From a virus (Duplodnaviria; Caudoviricetes), in the IMG/VR virus record IMGVR_UViG_3300032050_000002: 64,000 nucleotides of DNA. The stretch is one strand, 5' to 3'. Under the pieces are notes generated by a model. It did no database searches and had not been told where the DNA came from. It saw only the letters and a program-made list of their open reading frames with translations. Both the position numbers and the translations under genes were made by a program. Shown piece after piece: positions 1 through 10,263 of the stretch; positions within the stretch are counted from its first letter, which is position 1; each line of letters begins with the position of its first letter.

Positions 1-243
1 TTTTGAAGATAGCACTCTATCTTTTGTCATTTCTTGTGGAGGTCTTTGTTGAGGTATCGATGCTTCTTGTAGATATTCTTGAGGTAAAGAATATTTTGCC
101 ATTGGTGTTGAAAATTCTTGTACTTCAGGTACATTACCATTCATTGGCATTGAGTCCGCGCCAGCTCTCGGCATTTGTTTATGTTTATCCATTATTTGTT
201 TGGATATCATTAATTTTGCTATTAAATCATTTTCTGTTTTCAT
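1..243 (-). CDS. Hypothetical protein, partial (runs off the window start); not in ORF track
   Basis: Own translation from ATG at 243 (ATGA overlap with the WYL stop): MKTENDLIAKLMISKQIMDKHKQMPRAG...DRVLSSK, open to position 1; co-oriented with the neighbouring genes. Confidence 0.75.
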   Translation of the reverse strand, partial: MKTENDLIAKLMISKQIMDKHKQMPRAGADSMPMNGNVPEVQEFSTPMAKYSLPQEYLQEASIPQQRPPQEMTKDRVLSSK

Positions 244-647
244 GCTAAATATTCTTCTTCGTTATCATCAAATTTTGCGTTTATTATAACATTAACCATT
301 CCTTTATCTCCGGCCAAATTGTAACCGGGTTTAACATCGTTAAATTTTTCGCCAGATGGTCTAAAAGATAATATCTTATCGACTCTAAATAATCTCCATC
401 CTGGTAACGGTTGTTTTCCTTTATAACCTGTATGAGACGCTCCTTTTGAATCCCACGCTCTTAATACTGGGTTATCGGATTTACTATAACCAAAACATAC
501 GGGTTCAATTTCTCTTAATCCTCTACCTCCTGGTTCGTCTCCATCATAGTATATAATTATCTTATCTTTTTTCTTAATTGCATCAACAATAGAATCAATT
601 GACGCTACTTCTAAGATAAGAGATTTTGCTATGTTGTAAAGTTTCAT
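240..647 (-). CDS. Stand-alone WYL-domain protein
   Basis: IIIYYDG..G.REIEPVCFG....LRAWD....GWRLFRVDKI matches the WYL SH3-like pattern; no HTH domain. Confidence 0.8.
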   Translation of the reverse strand: MKLYNIAKSLILEVASIDSIVDAIKKKDKIIIYYDGDEPGGRGLREIEPVCFGYSKSDNPVLRAWDSKGASHTGYKGKQPLPGWRLFRVDKILSFRPSGEKFNDVKPGYNLAGDKGMVNVIINAKFDDNEEEYLA

Positions 648-940
648 TACGCGCTTGGTGTAGTGTAAGGATTATTTGGTTTGTAATTGTTTAAAACAAC
701 TTCAGCCTTTCTTTCAAGAATATCCTGAATAGCTCCGGCCTCTTGATTATAAACATCTAAAAAATTACCCGTACCTTTTCCTTGGTCATCACCGTCAGCT
801 AATGCGTCAGGATTTACTGAGGAATATTGATTGGTATTTTTAAAATCATTTTTCGGAAATAATTTCGCTCTTTCCGCATCTGCGATTTCGCTCAACTTAT
901 TTTTAGGTTGTTCAAAATTTAAAGGTTCTTGTGTTGGCAT
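647..940 (-). CDS. Hypothetical protein
   Basis: 97-aa ORF tightly packed in the minus-strand operon. Confidence 0.75.
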   Translation of the reverse strand: MPTQEPLNFEQPKNKLSEIADAERAKLFPKNDFKNTNQYSSVNPDALADGDDQGKGTGNFLDVYNQEAGAIQDILERKAEVVLNNYKPNNPYTTPSA

Positions 941-941
941 A

Positions 942-1409
942 TTAAATTATTTTTTTGATTAAATTATTTATTCTTTTTACGTCTTCAGTGATTTTTAAAT
1001 CATCTATACTACTACCGTGTTCTTTTGAGGGTCTGTTCATGCTTGATAGGTCTTTGTTTTTTTCGTGTGGAGCGATATATTGATTAGGTAAAACCGGTGA
1101 TTTTACTTTTTTACCCAACTCGACCTCATCTCTCATACTACCCAAAGTTCTGTCAACCCATCCTTTAACATAATGACCTCCATTTAAAATAAATGGTAAT
1201 TCATTTTCGTGACCATTAAAAGAATCAAACCAATTTTTCATTCTTTTAAGTTGTTGATATGTTGTGTGCCGAGAATCTCTTAGTTCTTTATTTCTTTTAT
1301 ATCCTTCAGTATTTTCATCAGCATTTTTCGCAGCATCAAAACATTGTTGTAAATATCCAACAACGTCTTCAGGTAATTCAACTCTCTCTCCGTATAAATC
1401 TTTATTCAT
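942..1409 (-). CDS. Hypothetical protein
   Basis: 155-aa ORF overlapping the upstream gene; C-terminal ITEDVKRINNLIKKII motif. Confidence 0.75.
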   Translation of the reverse strand: MNKDLYGERVELPEDVVGYLQQCFDAAKNADENTEGYKRNKELRDSRHTTYQQLKRMKNWFDSFNGHENELPFILNGGHYVKGWVDRTLGSMRDEVELGKKVKSPVLPNQYIAPHEKNKDLSSMNRPSKEHGSSIDDLKITEDVKRINNLIKKII

Positions 1410-2247
1410 CGGTATTTAAAGCTTTGATTAATTGATTAAGACTAATACCTTCTTTTTCGGCAATTTTTTTAATTGATTGTAAATTCTTAACTAATATTTT
1501 ACTAATTGTTTTATCTTCTTTACTTACAACATCAGAGTCTCCTTTTGATTTTTTGGTTAGTATATCCTCAACCATTTTAATCATTTTTTGTTTTTGAGCC
1601 TCTTCGATACTATCTTTTTCTGTTAATCTTTGTTTCAATTTACCTTTTCTTTTTTTAGCCTTAGGTAATTTACCCAATTGTTTAGTTCTTTTAACTCTTT
1701 CTTCAGGGTCATCAATACCCATGTTTTTTAAAGTTTTTAAAGTTTCACTAAAGTCTTTATCCACAGTTTCTTCATATCCAAAAGCGTCCGAAAAATCAAT
1801 TTCAGAAACAACATTATCTTTCTTATCTTTACTTTCACCCCAATATACACGATATCCTCTTGTTACAGGGTCGTTAGAAATTCTAGCGGTAACAATTGTT
1901 TGGTCCATAGTTTTCTTTGGAGCGAGTGTCATGTTATATAATGGAGTTTTTGAACCCAATAACCCACCGTCAGAATCGATTAATTCATCAATTTCTCCAC
2001 CGTTTTCAACATTATCTAATTCTTTGTCTAAATCTTTTTTTGTGGGTTTATTCTTACCTTTTAAAAATTTGTTAACTATGGTTTTAACTTTTTTTTCATC
2101 CTTCTTATCAAATTCTTTTTTTGTTACTTTTTTCCTTGATTCTAATAAAGTATCAGCCACAGAATAGTATAATGAAATGGTATCTCCATTGTCCTTCATA
2201 AAGAAATGACAATTATTATAAAAATATTCTTTGTTATAACTAATCAT
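1402..2247 (-). CDS. Hypothetical Lys/Glu-rich protein
   Basis: 281-aa ORF, first gene of the minus-strand operon, preceded by TATTTAT on its own strand. Confidence 0.8.
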   Translation of the reverse strand: MISYNKEYFYNNCHFFMKDNGDTISLYYSVADTLLESRKKVTKKEFDKKDEKKVKTIVNKFLKGKNKPTKKDLDKELDNVENGGEIDELIDSDGGLLGSKTPLYNMTLAPKKTMDQTIVTARISNDPVTRGYRVYWGESKDKKDNVVSEIDFSDAFGYEETVDKDFSETLKTLKNMGIDDPEERVKRTKQLGKLPKAKKRKGKLKQRLTEKDSIEEAQKQKMIKMVEDILTKKSKGDSDVVSKEDKTISKILVKNLQSIKKIAEKEGISLNQLIKALNTDE

Positions 2248-2267
2248 ATTATTTTTTATAAATAAAT

Positions 2268-2288
2268 ACTTCGCTTTAATGTATTTAT
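2268..2288. promoter_or_regulatory. Divergent TATTTAT putative late-promoter pair
   Basis: ATAAATA at 2268-2274 and 2272-2278 (minus strand) and TATTTAT at 2282-2288 (plus), between divergent starts 2247 and 2299. Confidence 0.65.
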
Positions 2289-2298
2289 CATAAAAAAG

Positions 2299-5139
2299 AT
2301 GTCAAGTCAAAATATTAATCAATATGTTTATAACAATTTGTTTCCTAAGTTGTCATTAGACACTCAAGACATGTCTTTAACTTCGGATGAATTGGAGTTT
2401 AATCAGGAGGTTGTTTTTTCGCCATATTTGATTGCTCAAACATACGGGAACAAATTACCTTTTTATTTTGATACTAATAATAGTGTAACAACACAAAATT
2501 TAACTTTAATATATAAAAACTATAATCCAAATAATATATTTGTTTCACAAAACTACTATAATCCCGATGAAAAAGATTTAACTTGTTTTACTTCTTCAAC
2601 ATCCTGTGATATTGGTTTAACGGGAACTGACAATGGTTTAGTTACAGGTTTAACCGCTCAGACAATTACATTTACAAATGGACTTTTTTCTGATAGTTTA
2701 AAATTCGACAGATTACATTTTGATAGAAGATTTAAAATGTTTCAGGTGACAGGTTACACAAGTTCACCCAATATTATGTTTTCAGGATTCAATAAAACAA
2801 TACTATATGAAGTTGTAAGTAAAAACTCTCCATTTGAGGGTAGATATGAGGAGCTTTACGGAGGATTTTATCAAGGGTTTTATAAATTATTTGGTTACGA
2901 TTATGATATTTTTCCAGAAAGGATGAATAAAGGTTGGTCAGTTGAAATGATACTTAAGCCAAGATTTATTAATGAATTTTATCCCGAACCAAATGAAACA
3001 ACATTAAATAATATTTACCCAAATAATAAAAACACATTCTTTTATTTTGGAACCAGAGCAGAAAACAAATTTTATCATCACGCGGATAAAACTCCAAATT
3101 GTTTTACAGGTTATACGAGAGTAACTTCAGAATTAACCGGCTTAACAACATGTGCTTGTTGTAATAAAATAATTACAAATAGTAGATGTATATACGTTTA
3201 TCCACCAAGGTCTAAAGATAATGTTCACGACCCTCATGTTAATTATGGTTGTGATAGATGTAACGGTAATAAAGATATTAGTACTAGTTGTGGTTGTGGA
3301 TGTAACGAAATTGCGTGCGAAACTTGTGGGTGGGAATGTCAATACCATAATTGTGAATCAATTATTTATCCAACTCCAACACCAACTCCTACCCCAACAC
3401 CAACACCAAATAATTGTGTTGTGACTCCCCAATGTACACCTACTTGTACGGACTGTTCGGGATGTACTAATTGTTCTGATTGTGCGGTAACAGGATTTAC
3501 CTCTATAGAAGATACTTGTGAAAAAGACCCATTATATGATAGTATGTCAAATGCGTTTTCACTTAAACTTTGTGGAGACATTAAAAATCCACAAATAGGT
3601 GTTAGATTTTTAAGATTTACAGGTGAATGTGTTACTACAGGAAGTTGCGAAACAACTGGGAAAACATGGAGCACGGGTTATACAATAACAGAATACTGTA
3701 CTCCACCAATCTATCCTAGATGTGAAAAAGAAAACCCAAATTGGTTAAATGAAGAACATTGGTTTCAAATTAATGTTGTTTGGGAAAGGTATTCTTTTTG
3801 GGATAAATGTGATTTAAATTATAAAGGTGGATTGGGGGATATTACAAAAACCGCTTTTTTAAACTCATTAGCGAATAATTCGGTGTCGTTAATCGCTCCA
3901 CCATATACAAATGGACAAGAAGAATCGTTACAGATAACACTAACAAATTTAAATAAAAAATGGTTAGAAGAGAAAAAATATAGAAATGGAAGATTAAAAT
4001 TTTATGTTAATGGAAAATTACATTATACGGTTGAGAATTTTGAGGAAATAATTCCAAGAGCATTAAATACGGATAAAGAAAAACAAGTCGGAGTTCCGTT
4101 TAACGTATCTTGGGGTGGAGGGACTCAAGGGTTAAGAGAAAATTTAATTTTCTCATCTACGACATTACCAAACGGACCATACATACAAGACCCTGAGTTA
4201 TTTCCAAATAATGTTTTATCGGCAACAACTCTTAGTGGTTTAAACACCAATATTTTAATTGAACAAAATTTTGCAGGTACTTTTGAGGGAGCAATATCCC
4301 AATTCAGAATGTATGTAACCCCTATGTCATCACCAGAGGTTAAACATAATTTTAATATTCTAAAAAATACATTTAGAATGTTTAACCCTGATTGTCCAGA
4401 TTGCTCAACAATAAAATGCGTAGATGATTTTACATATGAAATAGAAGACGTTACAACCACTACAACAACAATAATTCCAACAACTCCATATGGTTTAGGT
4501 AGAGAATTAAAAATTGATGAAAGAGATAAAAAGTATTTAATAGAGAATAAATTAACTTTACCAAAAACCACGGTAACTCAAATGTATTGGGATGATAATG
4601 GGTGGTGGGGGAACCAAGGTAATACTCCTCAATGCGTTGGGTATTCTTGGGCTCATTTTATTGATGACGGTCCTATAAAACACTCAGGACCTAAACCAAA
4701 CACAAATCCAACTTTAATATATAGAGAAGCTCAAAAAATTGATGAGTGGATGGGAGAAAATTATGATGGAACTTCGGTTAGAGCTGGAGCAAAATATTTA
4801 AAAAGTCAAAATAAGATTAGTTCTTATTTATGGGCATATAATTTAGATACATTAATTAAAACCGTATTAACTCAAGGACCTGTTGTTGTTGGGACAAATT
4901 GGTATAATGGAATGTTTTATCCTGATAAAAATGGTTTAATAAAAATATCAGGTAGAATTATGGGTGGTCATGCTTACGTAATTAATGGTATCGATACAAA
5001 AAAACAACTATTTAGAATTAAGAATAGTTGGGGTCGTTCATGGGGAGTTAAAGGTAGTGCGTTTATAAGTTTTGCTAACATGCAAAGATTAATTAATGAA
5101 AACGGTGAGATTTGTTTAGCGGTAGAAAATAAGTTTTAA
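2299..5139 (+). CDS. Cys-rich putative virion protein with PT and poly-Thr linkers, LamG-like region and C-terminal papain-like (C1) cysteine peptidase
   Basis: [22 protein letters not shown] and KNSWG give the papain Q/C, H, N residues; LKFYVNG...[11 protein letters not shown] is LamG-like. Confidence 0.75.
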   Translation: MSSQNINQYVYNNLFPKLSLDTQDMSLTSDELEFNQEVVFSPYLIAQTYGNKLPFYFDTNNSVTTQNLTLIYKNYNPNNIFVSQNYYNPDEKDLTCFTSSTSCDIGLTGTDNGLVTGLTAQTITFTNGLFSDSLKFDRLHFDRRFKMFQVTGYTSSPNIMFSGFNKTILYEVVSKNSPFEGRYEELYGGFYQGFYKLFGYDYDIFPERMNKGWSVEMILKPRFINEFYPEPNETTLNNIYPNNKNTFFYFGTRAENKFYHHADKTPNCFTGYTRVTSELTGLTTCACCNKIITNSRCIYVYPPRSKDNVHDPHVNYGCDRCNGNKDISTSCGCGCNEIACETCGWECQYHNCESIIYPTPTPTPTPTPTPNNCVVTPQCTPTCTDCSGCTNCSDCAVTGFTSIEDTCEKDPLYDSMSNAFSLKLCGDIKNPQIGVRFLRFTGECVTTGSCETTGKTWSTGYTITEYCTPPIYPRCEKENPNWLNEEHWFQINVVWERYSFWDKCDLNYKGGLGDITKTAFLNSLANNSVSLIAPPYTNGQEESLQITLTNLNKKWLEEKKYRNGRLKFYVNGKLHYTVENFEEIIPRALNTDKEKQVGVPFNVSWGGGTQGLRENLIFSSTTLPNGPYIQDPELFPNNVLSATTLSGLNTNILIEQNFAGTFEGAISQFRMYVTPMSSPEVKHNFNILKNTFRMFNPDCPDCSTIKCVDDFTYEIEDVTTTTTTIIPTTPYGLGRELKIDERDKKYLIENKLTLPKTTVTQMYWDDNGWWGNQGNTPQCVGYSWAHFIDDGPIKHSGPKPNTNPTLIYREAQKIDEWMGENYDGTSVRAGAKYLKSQNKISSYLWAYNLDTLIKTVLTQGPVVVGTNWYNGMFYPDKNGLIKISGRIMGGHAYVINGIDTKKQLFRIKNSWGRSWGVKGSAFISFANMQRLINENGEICLAVENKF
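3370..3408 (+). repeat. (Pro-Thr)n coding tract
   Basis: [13 protein letters not shown] with mixed codons. Confidence 0.9.
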
Positions 5140-5141
5140 GT

Positions 5142-6161
5142 ATGAGTCAAAGTATTACAATAAAAAGTATTAATTATGAAGGTGAAATTGCAAACATCAT
5201 TTTTAAACCTGCGGACGAATTAATTGCAATAAATTTAGGTAATCAAGTTTTACCTTTTATTTTCCAACCTTATTTGTTAGAACCACCAAGAACTGTTTAT
5301 GGTACATATACAATTCTAGTTTTAGAATCTGATTGTCCTACTATTTTAAATGTACCAAAACCAACACCAACTCCTACACCAACAAATACTCCCACAAAAA
5401 CACCTACACCAACACCAACTGCTACCCCAAGTCCAACGCCTACATACAACCCTTGTAATATACCTTCACCAACAAGAACGCCGACACCAACTAAAACTCC
5501 AACCCCAACCAATACTCCAACCCCATCAGTTACAAAAACTCCTTGTTACACACCAACCCCAACAAATACCTCAACTCCAACTCCTACCCCAACTCCTGTT
5601 TATTTTGCATACTTATTTATTGAACCAATTAGTGGTTCAACAAGTATTGGTCAATGGATGTTTGATTCAGGGTCTAATTTCTATGGATTTACAAATACAT
5701 CTCAACCAACTCAAAACCAAACAATATTTAATTCCGACTTAAACAGATATGTTGATTTTACAGGATGGACTAACGGAGAATTTCCATCAATTATTAAACA
5801 AACCGTACCTCAAATAAGTGGTGGGGTTGATTCATTTGGAAATGCCAAAGTTAAATATAATTTCTTAACAACTCATGTGGTAGAGAATAGTATTGGAAGT
5901 AAAGCTTGGTATACTTGGATTATACCTACATCTTTAACTAATAACGAAACTCAAGTATTAATTGATGTTAATACCGCAGATAACCCTAATTTGTTTACAA
6001 CAGTTGCTACTGAAGGAACGATAAACTCATATACATTTACATATACAGGGTCAACAATCCCTAATACAACTTATAAAGTTTATACAACTTTCCCAAATAC
6101 AATATTCCAAATAACCGACTCTCAAAATATTTATTTCAGAGGTAATGCAACATCACCATAA
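5142..6161 (+). CDS. Putative virion decoration protein with long Pro-Thr stalk
   Basis: About 80-aa PT/TP tract between a short N-terminal domain and a C-terminal beta-rich domain. Confidence 0.75.
   Translation: MSQSITIKSINYEGEIANIIFKPADELIAINLGNQVLPFIFQPYLLEPPRTVYGTYTILVLESDCPTILNVPKPTPTPTPTNTPTKTPTPTPTATPSPTPTYNPCNIPSPTRTPTPTKTPTPTNTPTPSVTKTPCYTPTPTNTSTPTPTPTPVYFAYLFIEPISGSTSIGQWMFDSGSNFYGFTNTSQPTQNQTIFNSDLNRYVDFTGWTNGEFPSIIKQTVPQISGGVDSFGNAKVKYNFLTTHVVENSIGSKAWYTWIIPTSLTNNETQVLIDVNTADNPNLFTTVATEGTINSYTFTYTGSTIPNTTYKVYTTFPNTIFQITDSQNIYFRGNATSP
5361..5597 (+). repeat. Pro-Thr mucin-like coding tract
   Basis: [28 protein letters not shown]...TPTPTPTP with mixed codons. Confidence 0.9.
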
Positions 6162-6163
6162 GT

Positions 6164-7021
6164 ATGAGTTTTAACTATAAGAACCCAATAACTCCGTTAT
6201 ATTCTTTAGGGAATATTAGTGTCAAAAGAGATAACGTTTTTGGTACTAATTTTAGTGTGCTATCAACTGGTGGTTTTATGGAGGTTTATGATATTGATGA
6301 CCTTTATTTTACAATACCTCCATCTACGGTGGGTCTTGTAGAGTACACTGGAAATACGATACCAATACAATTAAATGTTAGTAATGGTTCTCTATTTTCA
6401 TTTAATGTATTAACTTTAAATTCAGACAATATATCTTCAGGTAGAAGAAGAATTGGTATGTTGGCGTATGTTATTAATCAAGACCAAGTATATCAATTTC
6501 AAATACCAAATTATTATAATTTATGGACGGCAGCAACCGCAACAGGAGCGGTAGGTCCTGGTGGTCCAACGGCAGTATTTTCTGATTTTGGAACAACAAT
6601 AAAAAGTAATACTCAAGTAGGTATTAATTTTATTTCCGCTTGGACGGCAAATACAATTGAGGGTATTAGTGGAGAAACATTTACAACCGCAAATTGGAAA
6701 AAATTTAATCCATCTGCAACTATCACCGCAACTTGTTACAATCAAATAATTACTAAAGAATTAATAGGTTGTGATTTATCAGGTATAACATTATCTTCAG
6801 ATATTACTCCAAACTCAGATAACACTATAAATTTGGGAACGGGTATTAAAAGATTTAGAAACATAAATACCGTTAGTGGAACAAGTACTTATTGGTCATC
6901 GACAGTTAAAGTTATAACTCCCGAGATTGATTTAGGTTTAGATTCTTCGGGTAATACAAGAACAATAACCGCCGATAGCTCAATAATACAATATGATATT
7001 TTAAACGGTGGAAATTTTTAA
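6164..7021 (+). CDS. Putative fibre/virion structural protein
   Basis: RRRIGMLAYVI motif, ITPNSDNTINLG..KRF fibre repeat, C-terminal DILNGGNF. Confidence 0.65.
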   Translation: MSFNYKNPITPLYSLGNISVKRDNVFGTNFSVLSTGGFMEVYDIDDLYFTIPPSTVGLVEYTGNTIPIQLNVSNGSLFSFNVLTLNSDNISSGRRRIGMLAYVINQDQVYQFQIPNYYNLWTAATATGAVGPGGPTAVFSDFGTTIKSNTQVGINFISAWTANTIEGISGETFTTANWKKFNPSATITATCYNQIITKELIGCDLSGITLSSDITPNSDNTINLGTGIKRFRNINTVSGTSTYWSSTVKVITPEIDLGLDSSGNTRTITADSSIIQYDILNGGNF

Positions 7022-7037
7022 AAAAAAATAAACGATA

Positions 7038-7044
7038 TATTTAT
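7038..7044 (+). promoter_or_regulatory. TATTTAT putative late promoter
   Basis: Motif 13 nt upstream of the ATG at 7058. Confidence 0.65.
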
Positions 7045-7057
7045 AAAGTAAAAAATA

Positions 7058-8692
7058 ATGGCAACAAGACAAACACGGTTAATAACCAAAAACTCGTTAA
7101 CATCAAATCAACCTCTATCGGGGGCAACCGCATTAAAAGGTGAAGCGGTAGTAAACTTATTTGACGGTATACTATATTACTCAGGCGCGAGCGGAGGAGG
7201 ATTTGTATCATCGGATAATCCAACATCAGGCTTTTTTGAGGTGGGTTCAAACCTATATCAATTAAAAATTAGAGATAAAATAACATCTTATAGCGGAGTA
7301 ACCAATTTATCAGGTCAATTCCTTTCAGGCACATCAACAGGATTTGTTTTAGCTCCAATATCTTCTATTCAGGGTGTTGATAGACATGTTACGGGTTTTA
7401 CTTACGACCCAAATACAAATTCGTTCACAATAACTCAAAGTGAAGGAGGTCCTACAAAAACCGCTTCATTTGACTCAGTGTCAGGGTTAACTATTAACGG
7501 TAATTTGACTGTAACAGGAAATACTGTATTATCTTCAATTACTGGTGGTAGTACAACAATTAATGGTAATTTAACTGTAACAGGAAATACTAATTTAAGT
7601 GGTACAACTTTATATGACGAAACTGTTTCGGGGACAAATCCTCTAGAAATTATAAATTTAAATTATTTAACGGGATACGTACAAACCACTGATGTTTATG
7701 TAACCGGCGCAACTTACACACCCGCAACAAATGATACGGATTATACAAGTTGGTTATTACAATATCACGGTACTCCAATAGGAAGTCCTCACTCTTTCTC
7801 AGGTGAGAACACATTTGTAACTGGTGGTACTTATAGTTTAGGAACAATTACCTTTAACTATAACGATAGTGGTAAACCCGCTTTTACAGTAACAGGTATT
7901 GACGGAACTGATACATACGTAACAGGAGGTACAATATCAACATACCCTTCAACAAGTAATATTACAGGTCAAACTCAATTATCTTATAATAATCCTGAGG
8001 CTGGAGGTCCTTATTATTTACCTTATAGTGATGTATTTGTAACAGGTTTTACTTACTCTAATAACACATTTACAATTAAAGATAATAGTGGTAACACTTA
8101 TTCTGATGTTATTAATACCGTTACAGGTTTAACTGTTAATGGTAATTTAACGGTAACAGGTTTAGGTACTAATAGAGTTGTTTATACAACAACAGGTGGT
8201 TTATTAACAACTGAAAGTAATTTTGGATATAATGATGGAACAGATACTTTATCGGTTCAAAACATTGATGCGAGTGGAGATGTTACAGTCCAAGGTTCAT
8301 TAACGGTTTTCGGACCTAGTATATCCGCATTTACTACTAACTTATATGTTGAAGACCCTAACATTTATTTGAACTATAACCCAACAGGTTCTACAACTGT
8401 AACTTCAGTTAATGCCGGTTTTACAATTCAAGATGGTAATGGAGTTTCTAGTGGAGATGTTAATTTTGATATTATTAGATTACAAAATTTAACAGGATTA
8501 ACATCAAACAATGTTCCAAATGTTTCAGAATATACCTCCCCAACAGGGTATTCTAATAGAGGTTGGATAACTCAATTAAATGATATCGTTATTAGAAGTA
8601 CTGATGTCACCGATGAAATAACTCCGCCATCATCAATTAATGGTGTTAGGGTATTGGCAGAATTTGACGTACTCGATGGGGGTCAATATTGA
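7058..8692 (+). CDS. Putative tail/head fibre protein
   Basis: KGEAVVNLFDGILY resembles the Mtd_N-type N-terminus; repeated D.(Y/F)VTG.TY and INGNLTVTG; C-terminal DVLDGGQY. Confidence 0.7.
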   Translation: MATRQTRLITKNSLTSNQPLSGATALKGEAVVNLFDGILYYSGASGGGFVSSDNPTSGFFEVGSNLYQLKIRDKITSYSGVTNLSGQFLSGTSTGFVLAPISSIQGVDRHVTGFTYDPNTNSFTITQSEGGPTKTASFDSVSGLTINGNLTVTGNTVLSSITGGSTTINGNLTVTGNTNLSGTTLYDETVSGTNPLEIINLNYLTGYVQTTDVYVTGATYTPATNDTDYTSWLLQYHGTPIGSPHSFSGENTFVTGGTYSLGTITFNYNDSGKPAFTVTGIDGTDTYVTGGTISTYPSTSNITGQTQLSYNNPEAGGPYYLPYSDVFVTGFTYSNNTFTIKDNSGNTYSDVINTVTGLTVNGNLTVTGLGTNRVVYTTTGGLLTTESNFGYNDGTDTLSVQNIDASGDVTVQGSLTVFGPSISAFTTNLYVEDPNIYLNYNPTGSTTVTSVNAGFTIQDGNGVSSGDVNFDIIRLQNLTGLTSNNVPNVSEYTSPTGYSNRGWITQLNDIVIRSTDVTDEITPPSSINGVRVLAEFDVLDGGQY

Positions 8693-8710
8693 TGCAATAA
8701 CTTTATATTT

Positions 8711-8740
8711 AAAAAAGGGAAGAATTTACTTCCCTTTTTT
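8711..8740. terminator. Intrinsic terminator (bidirectional type)
   Basis: A6-GGGAAG-AATTTA-CTTCCC-T6. Confidence 0.85.
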
Positions 8741-8750
8741 ATTTTATACA

Positions 8751-8757
8751 TATTTAT
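8751..8757 (+). promoter_or_regulatory. TATTTAT putative late promoter
   Basis: Directly after the terminator, 49 nt before the ATG at 8807. Confidence 0.65.
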
Positions 8758-8806
8758 TAAGTGAGGTTATATAACCTAATAACGTGACTCTATATAGAGA
8801 TTTTTA

Positions 8807-10240
8807 ATGGCGAATAGAAAAACAACCTTTCTTTTAAGAAGGTCAAATGTTATTGATAAGATACCTGATTTAACAGGTCTTACAATTGGTGAATTAGCGG
8901 TTAACACTGCCGATGCAAAACTTTACACAATATATACAAGTGGAACAACTGGTGCTACTGAAGTTAGACAAATTGGTTGGGATAGACTATCAATAATTTC
9001 AGGAGGCACCGTTTCAGGTAATACTATATTCACTTCGGGAGTCACGGGAAATTCATTTAATATATTTTCAACACCTGTAAATAATAATACAAACTCACAA
9101 ATTTTAACAAGAAATTCCACAACTGGTAATGTTGAATATAGGACCCTTTCAAGTATAACAGGTGATTACTTACCATTATCAGGAGGTACTGTAACGGGAG
9201 GAGTGGTATTTACTTCGGGTATTACGGCAAATACTATATCTAATGTTCAGTATATAGATTTTAATAAAACCGCCAGTACGACTCATGTTGAGGGTAGAGT
9301 TCATTGGAATAATGATATTAAAAGTTTGGAGATTGATACCGAAAATCCTGAAGTTCAATTAGAAGTTGGTCATGAATTAGTTCTTAGAGTTGTTAATAAA
9401 ACCGGAGCTGACATCCCAAAAGGAAGAGCGGTTTATATAGATGGTGAACAAGGTCAAAGACCAACAATTAGATTAGCGAGTTTTACTGCTGATACTACGT
9501 CTGCGTCGGTAGTTGGTTTAACAATGGCACAAATAAGTAACAATAATAATGGATATGTTATTTTAAATGGTTTGTTAGTCGGAAGTATTTCTGAACCGTT
9601 AGATACAAGTTCATATAGTGCGGGAACACCATTATATCTTTTAACCGGAGGAACATTAACAGATATAAAACCTCAAGCTCCTGACCACGATGTTAGAATT
9701 GGTAAGGTAGTTGTTTCAAACGCAACAACAGGTTCAATATACGTTCAAGTCCAAAACGGATACGAATTAGATGAGCTACACGATGTTAGGATAACAAATA
9801 AGACATTTGGGGATATTATAACTCTAAGTGCTTATAACGGAAATGATGTTTGGGTTAATTCAAAAACTTTAAATGGTTCTTATACAATAACAGGAAGTAC
9901 ATCGATTAATAACGGGTTATTTGTAACGGGTAACACAACTTTACAATCGTTTACCGCGGGAACAGGAACAATTAATGGTAATTTAACTGTTACGGGAAAT
10001 ACAAACGTAAGAGATGTCACAGGTACTACAGGGACGTTTAATGGAAATTTATTAGTTACCGGTACGTCAAGTGCGTCAACGGTTACCATAACGTCAACCC
10101 CGACAAGTGGTATAACATCCACCCAAATTTTAGTAAGAAATTCAACAACAGGTGTTGTTGAGTATACCGATAATACGTCACCAACCATATTTAATTATGG
10201 TTTGGCTTACGCATTTAGTACATCAAATATAACAGTTTAA
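8807..10240 (+). CDS. Fibre protein with Mtd_N-like N-terminus and internal beta-module shared with 21135-23702
   Basis: FLLRRS...GELAVNTADAKLY N-terminus; VVNKTGADIPKGRAVYI...VVGL module; INGNLTVTG repeats. Confidence 0.7.
   Translation: MANRKTTFLLRRSNVIDKIPDLTGLTIGELAVNTADAKLYTIYTSGTTGATEVRQIGWDRLSIISGGTVSGNTIFTSGVTGNSFNIFSTPVNNNTNSQILTRNSTTGNVEYRTLSSITGDYLPLSGGTVTGGVVFTSGITANTISNVQYIDFNKTASTTHVEGRVHWNNDIKSLEIDTENPEVQLEVGHELVLRVVNKTGADIPKGRAVYIDGEQGQRPTIRLASFTADTTSASVVGLTMAQISNNNNGYVILNGLLVGSISEPLDTSSYSAGTPLYLLTGGTLTDIKPQAPDHDVRIGKVVVSNATTGSIYVQVQNGYELDELHDVRITNKTFGDIITLSAYNGNDVWVNSKTLNGSYTITGSTSINNGLFVTGNTTLQSFTAGTGTINGNLTVTGNTNVRDVTGTTGTFNGNLLVTGTSSASTVTITSTPTSGITSTQILVRNSTTGVVEYTDNTSPTIFNYGLAYAFSTSNITV
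9689..9735 (+). repeat. 47-bp exact direct repeat, copy 1 (copy 2 at 22533-22579)
   Basis: GATGTTAGAATTGGTAAGGTAGTTGTTTCAAACGCAACAACAGGTTC occurs in both fibre genes. Confidence 0.9.
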
Positions 10241-10263
10241 TAAAAAAATAAAAAATATAAATT

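Noticed and set aside
3-248. 81-aa plus-strand ORF
   Set aside because: Antisense shadow of a better minus-strand ORF (1-243) that is coupled to the WYL gene by ATGA.
3366-5742. ORFs with GVGVGV or Gln/Leu/His repeats (3366-3674, 5297-5512, 5350-5742)
   Set aside because: Antisense or alternate-frame readings of the Pro-Thr tracts.
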